The notes beneath the pieces were generated by a model. The model had not been told where the DNA came from. It made no database searches and was given only the letters and a program-made list of their open reading frames with translations. The translations under genes were made by a program, and so were the position numbers. A stretch of DNA of 38,883 nt from a bacterium. Its GTDB lineage: Bacteria > JADJOY01. This document shows positions 34,637 through 38,883 of this stretch, piece by piece (the first letter of the stretch is position 1; each line of letters begins with the position of its first letter). Where the stretch lies: assembly GCA_046331705.1 (NCBI GenBank), contig JAXLQJ010000026.1:62001-100883 (forward strand). Direction: 5' to 3'.

Positions 34637-35325
34637 GCCCCACCACGCCCGTTCGTTACGAACTCGCCGACGGCATCGCCGCGATCACGATGGACGACGG
34701 CAAGGCCAACCTCATGACCGAGACCATGATCGCGGCGTTGCACGAGGCCCTCGACCACGCGCGAGCGGACGATGCCGTGGTGCTCCTGACCGGACGCGAG
34801 CGCACGTTCTCGGGCGGCTACGACCGCGGGATGTTCGGCCGCTCGCCCGAAGAGGTGATGCGCACGCTCCGCGCGGGCGCCGAGCTGGTCTGGCGCCTGT
34901 TCGGCTTCCCGCGCCCGGTGGTCGCCGCGTGCAACGGCCACGCGGTGGCCCAGGGCGGCTTCTTGCTGCTCGCGACCGACGTTCGCATCGGCGCGGCCGG
35001 CAACTTCAAGATCGGGCTCAACGAGGTCGCGATCGGTCTCACCATGCCGCAGTACGGGATCGAGATCGCTCGCGCGCGTCTCGCGACGCCGTGGCTTCAC
35101 CACGCGACCCTGACCGGCACGCTCTACCCGCCCGAGCAAGCGCTGGCGGCGGGCTTTCTCGACCGCACCGTCGAGCCCGCCGAGCTCGCCGCCGCCGCCC
35201 GCGAGGAGGCGATGCGCCTCGCGCTCGTCGATCGCAGCGCCCACGCCGGCACCAAGCAGCGTGTGCGCGGCCCGGCGCTCGCCGCGCTGCGGGACGCGAT
35301 CGACCACGAGCTCCGCGCCGTCTGA
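34633..35325 (+). CDS. Crotonase/enoyl-CoA hydratase-isomerase family protein
   Basis: ITMDDGKAN, FSGGYD, ACNGHAVAQG, IGLNEVAIG. GTGA overlap with tetR. Confidence 0.92.
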   Translation: MSPTTPVRYELADGIAAITMDDGKANLMTETMIAALHEALDHARADDAVVLLTGRERTFSGGYDRGMFGRSPEEVMRTLRAGAELVWRLFGFPRPVVAACNGHAVAQGGFLLLATDVRIGAAGNFKIGLNEVAIGLTMPQYGIEIARARLATPWLHHATLTGTLYPPEQALAAGFLDRTVEPAELAAAAREEAMRLALVDRSAHAGTKQRVRGPALAALRDAIDHELRAV

Positions 35326-35331
35326 GCCGCG

Positions 35332-36315
35332 TCACCGCGCGACGCGTGGCGGGTGAAGTGGGCTCGCACCACCCTGACGCACGCGTCGCCAGGCCGCGGG
35401 CGCGAGCCCCGTCTCGCGCTTGAACGCACGGCTGAAGGCCGCCTCCGACTCGTACCCCACTTGCTCGGCGATGGCCGCGACCTTCGCGGTCCCGCGGGCG
35501 AGCTGCTCGGCGGCGAGCTGGAGCCGCCAGCGGGTGAGGTAGAGCATCGGCGGCACGCCCACCAGCGCGGAGAACCGCTCCGCGAGCACCGTGCGCGACG
35601 AGGCGATCGCGCGCGCCAGGTCGGGCAACGTCCACGGATGCGCCGGCCGCTCGTGAAGCTGGGCGAGCGCCGGCCCGGCGACGTCGTCCTTCAATGCCGC
35701 GAGCCACCCCGATTGGCGCGGGGGCAAGTGCTCGAGGTGGTGCCTCACGACCTCGATGAACATGAGCTCGGCCATGCGCGTGAGGATGGTCTCGCTGCCG
35801 GGGCGGGCCTTGCGCGACTCCGCCACCACCTGCGCCGGGAACTGCGATAGCCAGCCGCCGTCGAAGCCGGACACGAGCATATGTCGTGGCAACGACGCGA
35901 GCAGCGGATTGTAGGGGCGCGCGTCGCAGCCCAAGAAGCCGCACACGAAGGTCGTCTCGCGCACCGGACCCGCCCCGAGCTCCACCGTGCTCGGGTAGCG
36001 CGCCGGCGAGGCCTCGTCCCGTCCGGCCCCCAATCGAAAGCCGTCGGCGCTCGACATGCAATGCGGGTCGCCGTGCGGAAACACGATCGCGTCGCCCGGT
36101 CGCATCGCCACCTGCCGCTCCCCCTCGAGCCCGGCCCAGCAGCTCCCCGAAAGCAGGATGTGGTACGCGATCAGATGCTCCGCGTGCGGCAGGACGCGCG
36201 GCACCAGCTCGCGCGCCGCCACCGCGGAGACCGACCACGGCGCGGCCGCCTCCACCAGGTAGAAGAACGCGCCGTCGAGGCGCACGGCGCGCAGCACGTC
36301 GGAGAGCGGATCCAT
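35332..36315 (-). CDS. AraC-family regulator with N-terminal cupin (RclR-like)
   Basis: MDPLSDVLRAVRL, VFPHGDPH, VCGF, GWLAAL.D, PAHPWT...SRTVLAERF, VGYESEAAFSRAFKR. Confidence 0.95.
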   Translation of the reverse strand: MDPLSDVLRAVRLDGAFFYLVEAAAPWSVSAVAARELVPRVLPHAEHLIAYHILLSGSCWAGLEGERQVAMRPGDAIVFPHGDPHCMSSADGFRLGAGRDEASPARYPSTVELGAGPVRETTFVCGFLGCDARPYNPLLASLPRHMLVSGFDGGWLSQFPAQVVAESRKARPGSETILTRMAELMFIEVVRHHLEHLPPRQSGWLAALKDDVAGPALAQLHERPAHPWTLPDLARAIASSRTVLAERFSALVGVPPMLYLTRWRLQLAAEQLARGTAKVAAIAEQVGYESEAAFSRAFKRETGLAPAAWRRVRQGGASPLHPPRVAR

Positions 36316-36355
36316 CGGCGCACATCCTCGGGCGGGAGCGCCCGGATGCGCAACC

Positions 36356-36408
36356 GATGCGGACGCGCGATGCGGACGCGCGATCAACAAACGCGGACGC
36401 TCGGTCAT
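36356..36408 (+). promoter_or_regulatory. Direct repeats, putative AraC binding sites
   Basis: GCGGACGCGCGATCAA (36372) and GCGGACGCTCGGTCAT (36393) are 21 bp apart, with a tandem 13-mer GATGCGGACGCGC at 36356-36381 and a TACCTT -10-like hexamer at 36431. Confidence 0.6.
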
Positions 36409-36484
36409 TCACCGTGGGACCCGGCGTCGGTACCTTGCGCGCCGTTCGACGCACTTTCGCCTCGACCACACGAAGGGAGATCCC

Positions 36485-37387
36485 ATGACCACCGAGCTGA
36501 TTCCCGTTTCCTCGCGGCGCCTCGATTGCGGCACGTCCATCGGCGATGTCGTGGCGCGCCACGCCATCCTGGAGCGAGCCCACGTCGACAGCGACCCCAT
36601 CACGGAGCGCACCCGACGCATCTGGAGCGCGGGCGACTACGACCGCATCTCCGCGGGCTTCCGCCACGAGGCGGAAGCCTTCGTCGAGCGGCTGGGACTC
36701 GTCCCCGGCGTGCGCGTGCTCGATGCCGCGTGCGGCTCGGGCAACCTGACGATCCCGGCGGCGCGCACCGGCGCCTACGTGACCGGGCTCGACATCGTGC
36801 CGTCCTTGCTCGACGCCGCGGCCGCGTGGGCCGCGCGCGAATCGCTCGCCGTGCACCTCGATCTCGGCAGCGTCGAGGACCTGCCCTACGCCAACGCCAC
36901 CTTCGACGTGGTCACGTCGATGTTCGGGGTCATGTTCGCCGCTCGCCCCGAGCACGTGATCGCCGAGCTCGCCCGCGTGACGCGTCCCGGCGGCCGCGTC
37001 GTGCTGGCCAACTGGACCCGCGAAGGCTTCGTCGGGCGGATGCTGGCCAAGCACGTCGCGTACGTGGCGCCGCCTCCGGGAGCCGCGAGCCCGCTCGCCT
37101 GGGGCGACGAGAGCGCCATCCGCGAGCGCTTCGACGCGCGGTGCTGGGACGTGCGAACCACACGCCGCACCCTCACGTTCCGGTATCCGCACTCGGCGGC
37201 GGGGATCGCCGAGCTCTTCCGTGGCGCCTACGGCCCCACCGTGCGCGCGTTCGAGGCGCTCGACGAGGACCAGCGCGCGCGGCTTGCCGCGGATCTCGTC
37301 GACCATTGGACGAAGCACCACCGGCACGCGTTCCAGGTCACCGAGGTGGACGCGGAGTACCTGGAAGTGATCGCGATCCGGCGCTGA
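36485..37387 (+). CDS. Class I SAM-dependent methyltransferase (UbiE-like)
   Basis: WSAGDY, VLDAACGSG, GLDI, EDLPY...FDVVTSMFGVMFA, RPGG.VVLANWT, YGPT. AAGGGAG RBS. Confidence 0.93.
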   Translation: MTTELIPVSSRRLDCGTSIGDVVARHAILERAHVDSDPITERTRRIWSAGDYDRISAGFRHEAEAFVERLGLVPGVRVLDAACGSGNLTIPAARTGAYVTGLDIVPSLLDAAAAWAARESLAVHLDLGSVEDLPYANATFDVVTSMFGVMFAARPEHVIAELARVTRPGGRVVLANWTREGFVGRMLAKHVAYVAPPPGAASPLAWGDESAIRERFDARCWDVRTTRRTLTFRYPHSAAGIAELFRGAYGPTVRAFEALDEDQRARLAADLVDHWTKHHRHAFQVTEVDAEYLEVIAIRR

Positions 37388-37465
37388 GCCGGCGCACACG
37401 ATCCGCCTCTCCATCGAGACGGGCGCGCCGCGAGCTGCGTCACGGCCGCGGCGCACCCGTCTCGC

Positions 37466-38881
37466 TCAGACCCGCGGCGCCGGCGCCGAGCCGGGATCGA
37501 TCGCCCGCAGCGCCTCGGCGGCGGCACTGCGCAGGCTCTCGGGATTGCGCTCGTCGAGCAGCGCCTCGAGAACCGGAATCGCCTCGCGCAGGCGGAGAGC
37601 GCCGAGGGCGCGTGCTGCGGCAACCTGGACCATTCCCCGATCGCTGGGCGTTCGCGCGGCGTCGAGCAGGCGCTCGACCAGATCCCGCCGCTCGGGATCG
37701 ATGCGCAGCAGCGCTTCGGCGGCCTCCACGCGGCTCGACCCGTGGCAGCTCGGATCCTCGAGCGTACGCTCGAGGCGACGCTCAGGCTCGCGGCGGCTGG
37801 GATCGATCCGCGCCAGCGCGACGGCGGCGTGGAAGCCGAGCCGCACCTCGCTCGAATCGAGGAGCCGGAGGAGATCCGGCACCGCGACGGCGGCGCTCGG
37901 ACCGAGGCGCCCGAGCGACTCGACGAGGCTCACACGCACCCGCCCCTCCGCCTTGGGCAGCACCGAGAGCAGCACCGCCGCGGCCTCGGGCCCGGCGCCG
38001 ACCTCCACGATGGTCTCGGCAATCGAGGGCGCGAACGGGGCGTGCTTGGCGCGCAGCGCCCGTGCAAGCGCGGGCAACGACTCGGGACGTCCGCGGCCGT
38101 GCGCACGCACGATGTCGAGGGCTGCCGATTGACCGCCCGTGCCGCGCCTCCCGAGCTCAGCGAGCGCGTACGGGAACAACCGTTCGCGGTCTACGCCGAG
38201 CGCGTCGAGCGCCGTCAGCGCGCGACCCCGGACTTCCGACCACGAGTCCGCGACACACTGCTCGATTCGTTCCAGCAGCATCGCGTCGTGGCCGGCCGAG
38301 CGCCCGACGGCCTCGAGCGCCAGCGCCCTCACGACCCAGTCCTCGTGCTCCAAACAAGCGATCACGACCTCTCGCGCCTCCTCGGGCGCGTGCTCGACGA
38401 CGCTGCGCAGGGCTTGCGCCGCGGGCGCACGAACCTTTCGCGCATCGCTCGCCAGGCCGAGCCGGATGCCCTCGAGGAGCGCCGCCGGCGCGATCGCCGC
38501 CAGCGATTCGAGGCGAGCGAGTGCGTTCACCTTGGATCGATCGCTGCCCGTACGCAGCGCTGCGAGGCTGCGCTCCACGTCGCGACGCGCCTTGCGCTCC
38601 TCGGCGGGCTTGCCGGAGGCGGCGCGCTTCGGCACGGAGCGACCCGCGGCAACACGCGCGCGCAGCTCGGCCCAGTACGCCTCGCTGGCCCTCGCCGCGT
38701 CGAGCGTCGAAGGCAGGATGGGAGCGAGCAACGCCTCGAGCTCGGCGAGCGCAGCGCCCTCGCGCAGCCGGATTCGCGTGGCCGTGCCCACCTGCTCCAC
38801 GTCGGCGACCGCGCTCCAATCGACGACTCCGAGCGCCCGCGCCAGCTCGGGGCCGAGCCATACGCGCTCGGCAGCGGCCCG
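37466..38881 (-). CDS. HEAT/PBS-lyase repeat protein (5' end beyond the window)
   Basis: Repeated units VRAPAAQAL, VRALALEAVG, VRGRALTAL, VRVSLVESLG, AAVALA, AAEALL, AARALG. The frame stays open to the right edge (RAAAERVWLGPELARALG...). Confidence 0.85.
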   Translation of the reverse strand, partial: RAAAERVWLGPELARALGVVDWSAVADVEQVGTATRIRLREGAALAELEALLAPILPSTLDAARASEAYWAELRARVAAGRSVPKRAASGKPAEERKARRDVERSLAALRTGSDRSKVNALARLESLAAIAPAALLEGIRLGLASDARKVRAPAAQALRSVVEHAPEEAREVVIACLEHEDWVVRALALEAVGRSAGHDAMLLERIEQCVADSWSEVRGRALTALDALGVDRERLFPYALAELGRRGTGGQSAALDIVRAHGRGRPESLPALARALRAKHAPFAPSIAETIVEVGAGPEAAAVLLSVLPKAEGRVRVSLVESLGRLGPSAAVAVPDLLRLLDSSEVRLGFHAAVALARIDPSRREPERRLERTLEDPSCHGSSRVEAAEALLRIDPERRDLVERLLDAARTPSDRGMVQVAAARALGALRLREAIPVLEALLDERNPESLRSAAAEALRAIDPGSAPAPRV

Positions 38882-38883
38882 AA

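Noticed and set aside
36340-36410. Short repeats as a CRISPR array
   Set aside because: Only 2-3 short imperfect copies with no spacers and no cas genes. They fit regulator binding sites better.
1-38883. tRNA, rRNA, integrase, transposase, phage or defence genes
   Set aside because: None were recognisable by eye. A covariance-model search would be needed to exclude small RNAs.

Overview
A GC-rich, densely coding bacterial chromosome segment, tentatively Myxococcota/deltaproteobacteria-like (judged only from gene families and GC-rich codon usage). I found no rRNA, tRNA, CRISPR array or intact mobile element. Left to right: (1) the 5' part of a minus-strand Ser/Thr kinase that the ORF track misses, an extended SDR, an acyl-CoA dehydrogenase plus MFE-2-like SDR pair, and cysC. 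(2) A short degenerate stretch (about 5.1-6.5 kb) with gene fragments. (3) A minus-strand run of ltaE, a small membrane protein, a membrane protein broken at a C8 tract, then aldehyde dehydrogenase, GS-like gamma-glutamyl ligase, Fe-ADH and PuuD-like hydrolase, which together suggest a gamma-glutamylation pathway for an amine or amino alcohol. (4) A secreted GH36 lipoprotein, an S8 protease with TSP3 repeats and an EF-hand protein. (5) A cell-envelope modification cluster of about 11 kb with a B12-dependent radical SAM, a GT2, an RfbE-like epimerase, a Tes/MJ0619-family radical SAM, a membrane beta-propeller protein, a membrane multiheme cytochrome c and a two-domain glycosyltransferase. (6) A degenerate CoA-transferase fused to a GNAT, coupled to a DUF3365 heme protein. 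(7) Three small regulator modules with visible operators: ArsR-SRPBCC, TetR-crotonase and AraC-methyltransferase. (8) A 5'-truncated HEAT-repeat protein. The best candidate for an undescribed system is the Tes-like plus B12 radical SAM, glycosyltransferase and cytochrome cluster at 19048-30446. All family calls come from motif recognition, not database searches.
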